From Giardia intestinalis (taxonomy: Eukaryota), in assembly GCA_000002435.2 (NCBI GenBank), contig CM018793.1: 64,000 bases of DNA. One strand, 5' to 3'. Below are positions 19,171 through 28,710 of this stretch, in pieces. A program made the translations under genes and the position numbers. Position 1 is the first letter of the stretch. The number at the start of each line of letters is the position of its first letter. The notes under the pieces were generated by a model. That model saw only the letters and a list, made by a program, of their open reading frames with translations. It ran no database searches and had not been told where the DNA came from.

Positions 19171-21501
19171 CTATGGTTCGTCGCTGGAGTAGTAGTCCGA
19201 GCTTTCTTCCTCGGAGCTCGAGACCCAGCCCCTGTAGCGCCACACAGCTGGGTTCTTCTTCCTTCTGCCGCCTGTCTTGCGTCGTGCTGCCTTGGATGTT
19301 TTGGCTATGTCGACCAGCTGGATGGCGAGCTGTGCATAATCTTTGTCGTAGATAGGCAGCCTGTGCCCTTGTTCGTCTGTGGCCGGTTTGCTGTGCGCCA
19401 TCTGATCTAGTAGCGCTCCTCTATCCACGTGGCCGTGTGGCTGTTCTCCTCCTGGAGCTGAAACAGCAGCAGGCGACAGTAGTGGAGGTGGCGAGGTGTC
19501 TCTGAGCCTTTTCCGCGATCTGGTATGCCGCGGCGCCTCAGGAGTGTTCAATTGCTGCTGAATCTCTGTGTCTGCACCCAGCTCTGCCTTCAGCAACTCC
19601 AGGTCTAAGTCTGCTTCTGTAAAAAAGAGAGGAGAGGGCGGTACAAAGTGATAGTCGTAGAGCCGCCTACTAAGCACGAAGCACGGCACCATAGCAAGCT
19701 TTCTACCGCTGCCATTCACTTCTTCGCTGGCTGCAGAGGCACCCAAGAAGAGCTGCATGACATCTTTATAGCTGGAGTGCTTGACAACAGGCTTCTTCGG
19801 GGCAGCAAAGTAGCGATGATTAACGCCCGACTCTGCCGTGGAGCTATTAAGCCGCGTCTTGTAAACATAGTAAAGGCGCTTGTACTGCTCCTTTGCTAGC
19901 TGCTGCTCCCTTTGGAGAGAGGCCAGGGACAGCTTTACAATATCCTGTATGTACTTACGCTCGGACTCGCCTATGTATGTCTTGCAGCATGTTGGCGGCA
20001 GGGTCAAAAAGAGATACTGATAGAACGCTCCGAATGCACAAAGCATGTCCCCATGGGGAGACCACGACACACAAGTTAGAAAAGCTGTTTGGTAGCTCTC
20101 TCCCTTGAACACGGCTATGCAAGAAAAGTCCTGGGTAGTATAAAAGTGAACGTCACAGCCTGCGACGATGGCAAAGATCATGCTGTAAGGAAGCCCAGAG
20201 TAGTTTGGAATTCCCGGACACAGCTCATAAAGATGTGGTGAGAAGGCAACGTCTACAGACGGAAAGCGGTGTCCGGGCAAGACAATGTCAGGAGCCATGG
20301 ACTTGTCTCTGTCCAGGAGAAGAGACTGACGAGACAGGACATACGAGCAGAAGGTGTACCCCAGTATATCGTCTTCCCGGTTGTCTGGTACAACTGGGAG
20401 GAATCCGCAGGTAGCAACAAGGAACGACCCGTCTGGAGAGTATGCACAGCCGCGTCGGTAGAGAGATATGGCGTACATGGTCCGCAAAGAGCGCCGTTCC
20501 TGATTCATGGCCTTTTCAGGTCCACGTTCCAGAAAAAGACTGACAGTGGAGGGAGAGGTGGCGTGTTCAGAAAGACTCTTGGATCCTTGGGTAAGCAAAG
20601 CCATCTGAGCCCTGGCAAGTTCTTCAGGCTGTTGAGGTGGATTTATTATTCCCCCACTATCATCTCGCAAGAAGCAATCTCTGAGATATCTTTCATATTC
20701 ACCGGGAGTAGTCATGCGCCCGAAGGCTAGGAACTCTCCCAGAAGCTTTATATCCACTGAAGACACTTTGGATCTGAGAGAGTAGGACGCGTGTCCGTTC
20801 TTAGTGCGTGTTCGAAGAATGAGAAATAGGGACGACAGAGATTGAGCAGCTAGGATGGATCCACAAGGGGACCACGATATGCTCAGGAGTTGTGACGAGC
20901 TAACTTTGACTGTTTGTGGATTTGAGTCCCGCGGACGCTCGTCGCTGACTGAGTTGTAAAAGAGGTTGTCTGTACAAACTGGGATAATAGTGATCGTTCC
21001 GTTTCCTCCAGCGAGTGCAATCGACGTTCCATCCGGAGACCACACGATGCTCGTGGGCCAAGTATCTATCAAGAAGCGTCGGAAGTGCGTCAGCATATTG
21101 CCCTCGGAGTCAGACAGCACAGAAAAATCACTGGGGAGGATGGCAGCAGAAGTAGGCACTAGGTTAGGAAGAGTTTCAAGGCCCTGGATCTCGGCCGTGC
21201 TCGGCCGGAAGTGGTAGACCAAGAGCTTGTATGATTCAGAGTCACAGCCCGCCACAGCCAAAAATCTGCCGCTGGGAGAGAAGCGCAAGGCCTCGACAGA
21301 GTTCAGAGGGAGTACCTCTTCGAGGGAGACCTCAAACATGTTCTCGTCTGGGCCGCACTGAGAGCGTCTGCACACAAACTTGACCGCTCCAGACTCCTTG
21401 TATATTCCACCGGCAGCTAGGACGCAGAGCTGCGGGTGAAAATCTATGTGCTTTGCAATGATGTTGTCCTTGGGATCCAGCCCAAGGTTGTAGGCGTCCA
21501 T
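19171..21501 (-). CDS. WD40 repeat protein with a basic/acidic C-terminal tail (776 aa).
   Basis: It has WD-like segments (VWSPDGTSIALAGGNGTITI, ISWSPCGSILAA, RFSPSGRFLAVAG). Its ATG start is preceded by TTTTAAAAATTTCG. It is convergent with the 13450..19164 gene, and their stops are about 6 nt apart. Confidence 0.7.
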   Translation of the reverse strand: MDAYNLGLDPKDNIIAKHIDFHPQLCVLAAGGIYKESGAVKFVCRRSQCGPDENMFEVSLEEVLPLNSVEALRFSPSGRFLAVAGCDSESYKLLVYHFRPSTAEIQGLETLPNLVPTSAAILPSDFSVLSDSEGNMLTHFRRFLIDTWPTSIVWSPDGTSIALAGGNGTITIIPVCTDNLFYNSVSDERPRDSNPQTVKVSSSQLLSISWSPCGSILAAQSLSSLFLILRTRTKNGHASYSLRSKVSSVDIKLLGEFLAFGRMTTPGEYERYLRDCFLRDDSGGIINPPQQPEELARAQMALLTQGSKSLSEHATSPSTVSLFLERGPEKAMNQERRSLRTMYAISLYRRGCAYSPDGSFLVATCGFLPVVPDNREDDILGYTFCSYVLSRQSLLLDRDKSMAPDIVLPGHRFPSVDVAFSPHLYELCPGIPNYSGLPYSMIFAIVAGCDVHFYTTQDFSCIAVFKGESYQTAFLTCVSWSPHGDMLCAFGAFYQYLFLTLPPTCCKTYIGESERKYIQDIVKLSLASLQREQQLAKEQYKRLYYVYKTRLNSSTAESGVNHRYFAAPKKPVVKHSSYKDVMQLFLGASAASEEVNGSGRKLAMVPCFVLSRRLYDYHFVPPSPLFFTEADLDLELLKAELGADTEIQQQLNTPEAPRHTRSRKRLRDTSPPPLLSPAAVSAPGGEQPHGHVDRGALLDQMAHSKPATDEQGHRLPIYDKDYAQLAIQLVDIAKTSKAARRKTGGRRKKNPAVWRYRGWVSSSEEESSDYYSSDEP

Positions 21502-21987
21502 CGAAATTTTTAAAATGGCACCCCAATGAGGTCATCGAGGCACAACGGCTTCACTGGCTGTCATCGCTCTATGTGGGGACGTGTCCCGCCACAGCTGCCA
21601 AAACTCTAGCTCTCCGTGCCAACCAGCTTTTGAGGTAAAGAGTGACTTGACAGGAGCTAAGAACTGGGACAAAAGATGGTCTACGTTGGTCAATAACTAA
21701 TCCGTATAAGAATATAATCAAGGTAGGCAGAGTGTTGAGCCTCCAAGAAAGCTGTCGGAATGGAGCACTACTGTAGATCTAATGACGCGTGTTCCTATAC
21801 CCGGCGCACGACGCCTGGTGGCAACAGTTGACCGCGTCTAACTGTGTTGCAAAATTTATAAGGAAAAGATGTTGATACATATTCAGTTTAAGTTGGTACG
21901 CTGTTGTGGCTGTAGTCCCATGCAGTTATTAATTAGATGGCTGAGATAATCATAATTGACCCAAAACCTTTTAACTGAAATTCCCAT

Positions 21988-22007
21988 TCCAAATAATTAA
22001 ACTGGCC
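21988..22007 (+). promoter_or_regulatory. AT-rich initiator immediately upstream of the HCMP ATG (CCAAATAATTAAACTGGCC-ATG).
   Basis: The AT-rich element abuts the start codon, as in known Giardia promoters. Confidence 0.4.
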
Positions 22008-25000
22008 ATGCTTTTTGCGGCGTTGGCGGTCCTGTTTAGCTCTGCGTCCTCTCCGGGATGCATAGATCCTACACAGAACCCAGACGGCGAGTACGAGTGC
22101 CAGCACGGAGGCGTCTGCACGAGGTTCGAGACGCTTCTCAGCTCCGGCTTTATCTGCGACTGTCCTCGCGGGTCCTTCGGCCGCGCATGTAACTTCTGCG
22201 ACCGGTCATTCATGCTCATCAATGATCGGTGTGTCAGCCCCGCTTGCGTCCTTGATGGTGTGAGCGTTTGCGGGGGCAGCGGCGAGTGCCTCTACACCGA
22301 GGACACAGACTCATGGTCGTGTTCGTGCAGAGATGGATTCGTTAACATCGCAGGGACGTGCGTCTCCTCCTCATGCATTAATCCAGAGAGTCCGGATCTC
22401 ATTTGCAGCGGCAACGGCAGCTGTAGGTCTCTTCCAGGTGGGGAAACAGGCGATGACTATCTCTGCGACTGTAACGATCTCCACTTGGGCGACCATTGTG
22501 AGGCATGTAATCGCAGAACGTCTAAGCCCGTGACTACAAACGGGGTGACAGAGTGTGTTTCCCTGGAATGCTTTACTGAAGATGAGGAGCTACCCTGCGG
22601 CGGTCACGGACACTGTGGCAGCTACCCTGTCGATGGGAAACTCTCCTATACTTGCATGTGCGGGTTTGGATACTCTCTCGTGAACAAGACATGTGTAGCA
22701 TCATCGTGTATTTTTGAATACAGTAACGGACATCATGTCTGCGGCTACGACGACTCCTTCAAGACGGCGTGCGTAGAAAGTGCCCAAGGTGAGTGGTCCT
22801 GTAGATGCCCGTCCGACACTACATTCATGGACGGCTATGGCTGTGTTTCTAGCCAGTGCATCGAGAATAGTGGCGAGCCTCCATGCGGTGGCGTTGGTGG
22901 ATGTTATGTATTCCAGATTAGCGGTGAGACGAAGACGTACAAGTGTCAATGCCCGCATTACACTGTTGGAAACTTTTGCAAGACTTGTTCTCCTAACGAG
23001 GCAACGAACATAGACGGTGTTTGCGTTCCTAATGATTGTATTTATGGCAACACATCGTGTAATGACCACGGGGTGTGTCATAGTCTTTTAGTTCATAGCT
23101 TCTGCGAATGTGAGTCGGAATTTGACACTGTTGATGAGATGAAGCACTACTGCGGGATACCGGAGTGCCATGACCCCAACACAAAGATGCTTTGCTCCGG
23201 GGCTGGTGCGTGTAACGAGCAAACGCGGGTCTGCGTGTGCATCAACGGTTTTCAGTATCAATCATATGGCGGCTGTGTTCCTGATAAACTAATTAACGAG
23301 AATGGTGTTTGCAATGGGCGCGGAACGGCCTCCCTGAAGGACCCGTGGGACCTTCCTGCCAACGAAAAGCTTAATGCCACAAACCCCGAGCATTGGATCT
23401 GCGTGTGTGGTACTCTATACACTGGCGAAACTTGTGACCAATGCAACCCATCAACATCCTTCACGCCAACAGCTTCCCCACCAGAATCACAACCTACGGG
23501 TGCTCCTCCTCAACTACCAACTTGCACGCCTCGTGATTGTTATAATGATGGGTATGAGTTGAAGGATCCTGATCCTCCTGTCGATCCTAATCAGCCGTCT
23601 GATCCTACTTATATCGATCAGCCTACTAAGCTATGCACGAATCCTTTACAGGAGAATAACAGTCCCTTGGGTACGTGTGAGAGCTACAAGATAGAGGACG
23701 AAGACATGTTCATATGCACCTCGAACGATCCGAATCAGTACCAGCAGGCCTATAATTCTTCCTCCATCTATCCCGTCGCCTGTACGACACCGGGACAGCA
23801 TTACGTTCGCCAAAATTTCATGTGCGGGCTTCTACAGGGCAAAACAGCTCCTCTTGAGATCAGGATGGTTAGCTGTAGCACTACCGAAACCAACGGTTAC
23901 AACTGTACGTGCAATGGAGAGTACAACTGGGTTAGCAGGACGATCAATGGCGTGATACACTACAGCTGTATGCACGACGAGTGTCTTAACGATGGGGCTA
24001 CTTCCGGGTCTTCAGACATTAACGACTATTGCTCCGGGCTGGGCGATTGCATACTGGATCTTACTGGAACAACTCACACTTGCGCCTGCAGCGCCAACGC
24101 CGTGTTCTACAAGAATAAGTGCATTCCAAGAGCGTGTGTTTCTGGGTGGAAAGATGAGCAGACGCCAATCATATGCGGCGGCCGTGGAACCTGCACACAC
24201 TGGGGAGACGGCGACTGGGGCTGCAAGTGCATGGATGTCGATCACTATACTTACGTGAGCGGGGGCTGCTATCCGAATTCTTGTGTCTATCTCTGGCAAA
24301 ATCCTACCGATGGCGCCTCATACATCCAACTCTGCGGTGGTGATAGCGTGGTTGCAGGGGGCACGTGCATCGTTGACGAGGCTGATCCTTCGAAGTCCTA
24401 TTGTGAGTGCAATGCCGACTTCGTGAGATATGGGCAGACGTGTGTGCATAAGAAGTGCACATCTGTGGATTATCACAACGACTTTCAGGTAACCCCCGAC
24501 TCCATCTGTTCTGGAAACGGCTACTGTCTGTTCAACTCCCGTACCAATATGTCCACCTGCTTCTGCACGAAGGGGACTGCCTACGGTCCATTTTGCTCCG
24601 TCGAACCATGCATTACGAATATTGAGTATGAGTTTGGAGATACTTGGGGTGAGATAACTCTGAATTGCGGAAGGCCTGGGGCCGGCGTTTGTAACATCAC
24701 TGGGGAGTCCACCGGCGAATGCTCATGCAATCCCGATTATGAGCTTTTGCCACCAACTTCTGAGCATCCAGAACTGGCCAAAATTTGCGTCAATACAGGG
24801 TGCATCGACAATGGAGTATACTGTGGCGGAGACCTGGCCGCAGTTTGTGGTATATCCAGAGCCGTGGCTACGTGCCTATGCAGCCAGGCATTCGAGGCCG
24901 TGAACAACACATGTGTGCCGAAGATGTGCTATGCGCCGAATCCAGACGGGATGATGGCCGTCTGTGGCGGCGTGGGAACGTGCGAAAAGGAATCAGGCTC

Positions 25001-28000
25001 TAATGTGTACTCTTGCAAGTGCCCCACGAGCGGCTACACAGCTGCTCAGATGAAATATAACGGTAACACAGTCTGGACTTGCGCCCCGCAGAGCTGCGTC
25101 AATGGCACAGACAGTAGCGCCACAGTGTGTGGAGGAACTACTGGGGGGTCTTGCGTAGGCTCCGGCGGGCAGTATCGCTGTTCATGTAGTGACGGATTCT
25201 TCCTTATCACCCCCACCCAGTGCGTCAGCAACAATTGCCTCTCGCAGAATATGAATGGTCAGATTTCCGTTTGCAGCGGGGTAGGAACGTGTTCTGAGAG
25301 TACAATGGGCATGTTCACTGAGTACTACTGTACTGGCTGTACTACTGGTTTCAAAGCTATAGATGGAAAATGCGTCAGCGAGAGCTGCTACTTCCAAATC
25401 GATTCCCTGAGCAAGTACTACGTTTGTGGAAAGCTGGGCAACTTCGGCGAGTGCGTGGGGACGGGTTCGGGATTCACCTGCTCTTGCTCCTACGGCTTTT
25501 TCCTAGCCGAGAAATACTGCGTCCCTAATCAGTGCACAGATAACCGCAGACACCCGGCAGAGTGTGGGGGCCATGGCGAATGCAAGCTTAAGAGCCTGGC
25601 CGAGTTCACCTGCGTTTGTAATGCCAACTATGAAACTGTCGACACCGATGAGCTTGGACTTCACTATTGTGTCGCCCAAGCTTGCATGGTGAAGGATAAC
25701 GGAGTTGTTACATCCATATGTAATGGTCATGGCTTGTGCAGGAAAGATAGGTGTTCCTGTTATGAAGGATATGCAGACGATCCATCTGCATCAACTAATG
25801 ATCCAACAGGAAACTGTACGGTTTGTGCTACTGGTTATAAAGAGTATCCTGCTCCTAACACTCTCACCGCCATCGCAGCCAACGCAAACTGCGTCAAAAA
25901 TAACTGCGGCCGGTCGACTCAAGACGATGACTGCGGCGGGTCCACTGTTGCCAATAATCCCTCCTGTGTGTACTCGTCTAAGACTTCGACCTATGAGTGC
26001 TCTTGCAAGACAGGCCACTACTCTAACAATGGAATTTGTAAGGTCTCCAGCTGTACGGACGGCGACTCCACTGTAGAGTGCGGTGGCTCTCAATTTGGCA
26101 CGTGTGATAACACAAACAATATATGCACGTGCGTCTCTGGGATGGTTTTGGTCAAGCCGTACCTTTGTGTCTCCCCGCGCTGCATCTCCAACAGTGCAAC
26201 GAACGAGGTCTGCAATGGGCACGGAACCTGCGCAATAAATCCTCGCACGCAGATAGCCGCCTGTAGGTGTACTGACGACTACGTTACAGCCAGGGACGGT
26301 CTGTGCTACCTCAGCACTTGCTTCAACGATCCCGAGCATTCTCAGCCAGTGGTTTGTGACGGTGCTGACAACAGCTGCAATACAGGAGGTGAATGCTCTT
26401 GCACACCGCCGTTCGTTAAATTCGCTGGCCAGAACGGGTGCGTGCATAGCAATTGTATCCAGAACGGGGTCGTTTGTGGAGGTCGCGGCGTGTGCCGTGC
26501 AAACCTTCTTTACACGCAGTACTCGTGTTTCTGCAATGATGAGTACATCCTAGCGTCAGACGGAACATGCCAGCCTAGGTCCTGCTCCCGAGACGGGGTG
26601 ACCGTCTGCGACAACAACGGCACCTGCGAGGCGGATGCAAGTGGCTCGACATATAGCTGTAAGTGCAATGGTACAACTATACTCTACATGAATGGCTGCG
26701 TTCCACGCGCCTGTTTCCCGCAATACAATCCTCGAGCATCTCTTTGCGGAGGAAATGGTCTATGTGATATGTCATCTGGGATGTGCCAATGCAATAGCGA
26801 CGCGTCGCTTACGGACGAACTTCTCTGCCAGCCAACCGACTGCGTTAATCCTCAGTACTCGGCAACAGTGTGCACGAATAACGGAGTGTGCAATTCTGTC
26901 AGCAACGTTTGTTTGTGTGTCGAGGGAAGCTCTGGGAAGTACTGTGAGTCGTGTGCCTCCGGATATAAGAAGTACACTAGTAACGACGAGTACAACGGCA
27001 GGTGCGTCAAGGACTCCTGCGGAAGCAAGAATTGTGGGACCCCAGGAAAATGCATCTTCGACTCCGACATCATCGAATATCGCTGCCTATGCAATGACGG
27101 GTTCTACTACAGCACATCCGAGCAGGAGTGCCGCCGATGCCTCATGGATAACTGCGTTACCTGCAACGGGGAGTCTTCATGCGCCGTTTGCGAGGATGGC
27201 TATTATTCCAACGGAGGGCGCTGCAGGGAGTGCGACGATGATTGTCGGACCTGCTCAGGACCAGAGGAGAGCCATTGCTTGAGTTGCATGCCGGGGAAGG
27301 TCCATAGCACAGGGGTCGGTCCCGCAAATTGCATTGACGAGTGCAAGGAGAATGAGGACGGATGCGCGACGTGTGGCTCGGTGATTGCGGGAAGCAGGTA
27401 TTGCTCCGTCTGTCGTGGACAGACCAGCTTCCCTCTCGAGGGTACCTGCCATGCGAAGACCTCCCGGGCCGGCGACGCCTGCGAGAGCGTCGTGGCAGGC
27501 AGGTGCACCAGGTGCTTGGGAAACTACTTCCTTTACGAAGGCGGATGTTATAGTAGCAGTCGTCTTCCTGGGAGCCAAGTGTGTTCCGTGGTTCTCGGGG
27601 GCAACTGCCTGAAGTGTGCCGACGGGTACTATAAGGCCGGGAGCGACGTCGAGCACGCATGCGTGTCATGCGATGGTCTGATGGAAGGATGCACTAAGTG
27701 CATGGCAAGCGGTTGCACAGAGTGCAAGGCTGGGTACTATCCAGACACTTCCAATGGACGGTGCATGGAGTGCGCCAGCCCATGCAAGACGTGTAACGGC
27801 GCTGGCGGTCGGTGCACATCCTGCGCGAAAGGATATTTCGCTCAGTTCATGGCCGATGATCTGAACAACTACGGTGAGTGCCGGAATTGTAGCAACACCA
27901 CCGCAGACAACGGGCTGGTTGGTGTGAGGAATTGCAAGGAGTGCGTCGTTTTTGCAGTCGGATCCCTTTCGCAACCGGAGATGGTCCACTGTAGCGAATT

Positions 28001-28238
28001 CTCCTCCGTCAAGTCGTCGGCCGGCGTCATAGCGGGCTCTGTCATAGCAGTGCTTCTTGTGCTAGGCGGAGTCATCGGGTTCTGTGTCTGGTGGTTCCTG
28101 GTCCGCGGCAAGAAGGGTCAGGCAGCTCAGAAAGGACGACGTGGAAAGTCCTATTCTGGCCGAAAGTATGTGCGGACTGTTTCCGATCCTGACAGCACGT
28201 CGTTGCTATCCACAGACATGACTAACTCGCTTCTTTAG
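22008..28238 (+). CDS. High-cysteine membrane protein (HCMP), VSP-like/EGF-like, 2076 aa.
   Basis: About 10% Cys arranged in dozens of tandem CXXC/CXC modules (for example CV..C....CGG.G.C). It has a GGCY motif (YEGGCYSSSRLPG), a VSP-like CXXC-rich C-terminal ectodomain and a single C-terminal transmembrane helix ending in CVWWFLVRGKKG. A 60-aa basic cytoplasmic tail follows. The N-terminal MLFAALAVLFSSASS looks like a signal peptide. Confidence 0.85.
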   Translation: MLFAALAVLFSSASSPGCIDPTQNPDGEYECQHGGVCTRFETLLSSGFICDCPRGSFGRACNFCDRSFMLINDRCVSPACVLDGVSVCGGSGECLYTEDTDSWSCSCRDGFVNIAGTCVSSSCINPESPDLICSGNGSCRSLPGGETGDDYLCDCNDLHLGDHCEACNRRTSKPVTTNGVTECVSLECFTEDEELPCGGHGHCGSYPVDGKLSYTCMCGFGYSLVNKTCVASSCIFEYSNGHHVCGYDDSFKTACVESAQGEWSCRCPSDTTFMDGYGCVSSQCIENSGEPPCGGVGGCYVFQISGETKTYKCQCPHYTVGNFCKTCSPNEATNIDGVCVPNDCIYGNTSCNDHGVCHSLLVHSFCECESEFDTVDEMKHYCGIPECHDPNTKMLCSGAGACNEQTRVCVCINGFQYQSYGGCVPDKLINENGVCNGRGTASLKDPWDLPANEKLNATNPEHWICVCGTLYTGETCDQCNPSTSFTPTASPPESQPTGAPPQLPTCTPRDCYNDGYELKDPDPPVDPNQPSDPTYIDQPTKLCTNPLQENNSPLGTCESYKIEDEDMFICTSNDPNQYQQAYNSSSIYPVACTTPGQHYVRQNFMCGLLQGKTAPLEIRMVSCSTTETNGYNCTCNGEYNWVSRTINGVIHYSCMHDECLNDGATSGSSDINDYCSGLGDCILDLTGTTHTCACSANAVFYKNKCIPRACVSGWKDEQTPIICGGRGTCTHWGDGDWGCKCMDVDHYTYVSGGCYPNSCVYLWQNPTDGASYIQLCGGDSVVAGGTCIVDEADPSKSYCECNADFVRYGQTCVHKKCTSVDYHNDFQVTPDSICSGNGYCLFNSRTNMSTCFCTKGTAYGPFCSVEPCITNIEYEFGDTWGEITLNCGRPGAGVCNITGESTGECSCNPDYELLPPTSEHPELAKICVNTGCIDNGVYCGGDLAAVCGISRAVATCLCSQAFEAVNNTCVPKMCYAPNPDGMMAVCGGVGTCEKESGSNVYSCKCPTSGYTAAQMKYNGNTVWTCAPQSCVNGTDSSATVCGGTTGGSCVGSGGQYRCSCSDGFFLITPTQCVSNNCLSQNMNGQISVCSGVGTCSESTMGMFTEYYCTGCTTGFKAIDGKCVSESCYFQIDSLSKYYVCGKLGNFGECVGTGSGFTCSCSYGFFLAEKYCVPNQCTDNRRHPAECGGHGECKLKSLAEFTCVCNANYETVDTDELGLHYCVAQACMVKDNGVVTSICNGHGLCRKDRCSCYEGYADDPSASTNDPTGNCTVCATGYKEYPAPNTLTAIAANANCVKNNCGRSTQDDDCGGSTVANNPSCVYSSKTSTYECSCKTGHYSNNGICKVSSCTDGDSTVECGGSQFGTCDNTNNICTCVSGMVLVKPYLCVSPRCISNSATNEVCNGHGTCAINPRTQIAACRCTDDYVTARDGLCYLSTCFNDPEHSQPVVCDGADNSCNTGGECSCTPPFVKFAGQNGCVHSNCIQNGVVCGGRGVCRANLLYTQYSCFCNDEYILASDGTCQPRSCSRDGVTVCDNNGTCEADASGSTYSCKCNGTTILYMNGCVPRACFPQYNPRASLCGGNGLCDMSSGMCQCNSDASLTDELLCQPTDCVNPQYSATVCTNNGVCNSVSNVCLCVEGSSGKYCESCASGYKKYTSNDEYNGRCVKDSCGSKNCGTPGKCIFDSDIIEYRCLCNDGFYYSTSEQECRRCLMDNCVTCNGESSCAVCEDGYYSNGGRCRECDDDCRTCSGPEESHCLSCMPGKVHSTGVGPANCIDECKENEDGCATCGSVIAGSRYCSVCRGQTSFPLEGTCHAKTSRAGDACESVVAGRCTRCLGNYFLYEGGCYSSSRLPGSQVCSVVLGGNCLKCADGYYKAGSDVEHACVSCDGLMEGCTKCMASGCTECKAGYYPDTSNGRCMECASPCKTCNGAGGRCTSCAKGYFAQFMADDLNNYGECRNCSNTTADNGLVGVRNCKECVVFAVGSLSQPEMVHCSEFSSVKSSAGVIAGSVIAVLLVLGGVIGFCVWWFLVRGKKGQAAQKGRRGKSYSGRKYVRTVSDPDSTSLLSTDMTNSLL

Positions 28239-28245
28239 AGTGAAT
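28239..28245 (+). terminator. PolyA signal AGTGAAT directly after the HCMP TAG.
   Basis: TAG-AGTGAAT. It matches the AGTRAAY consensus. Confidence 0.45.
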
Positions 28246-28278
28246 TCCTATCTACCGCTGTTTACTATCCGAACAAAA

Positions 28279-28710
28279 ATGGTCAACGACGAGGGGACGG
28301 CTCTCCTCTATGCTAAAGAGGCATCCGAGTCGACGAGAAGAACGCAAATCTATAGTATGGAGCCGTACGCGTCTCCAGGCGAGATACCGTTCCAGGAGCA
28401 GGCGTCTCCATGGCCAAACACCGGTTCTCTTATCCACCTGAGCCCAAGTGTTGAGCCTGTGAAGAAGAATGAGTATGCCCTTCAGCCTGGCATGCCGCTC
28501 TGCACGATACTGTTTGTCATGGGCTGTCTACTCCCTCCAGTGCTCTGGCTAGTCGGCCCTATATTAAGTGCTAGCCCTACTGTGCACCCGGATGTGCGCA
28601 CCAGGTTCTTCTACGCGACAGTGGCTTCCCTGGCATTCACAAGCATGCTTGCACTGGCAGCCCTAGTGACAAGTTTCATTCTCTACAACCAGACGGTCTC
28701 ATCTGAGTAA
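28279..28710 (+). CDS. Small hypothetical two-transmembrane protein. The track ORF starts at a GTG at 28240, and the first ATG is at about 28279.
   Basis: It has two hydrophobic helices (LCTILFVMGCLLPPVLWLVG and VASLAFTSMLALAALVTSFIL). ACAAAAATG is an A-rich initiator. Its 3' end overlaps by 12 nt the stop of the convergent giant gene. Confidence 0.35.
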   Translation: MVNDEGTALLYAKEASESTRRTQIYSMEPYASPGEIPFQEQASPWPNTGSLIHLSPSVEPVKKNEYALQPGMPLCTILFVMGCLLPPVLWLVGPILSASPTVHPDVRTRFFYATVASLAFTSMLALAALVTSFILYNQTVSSE

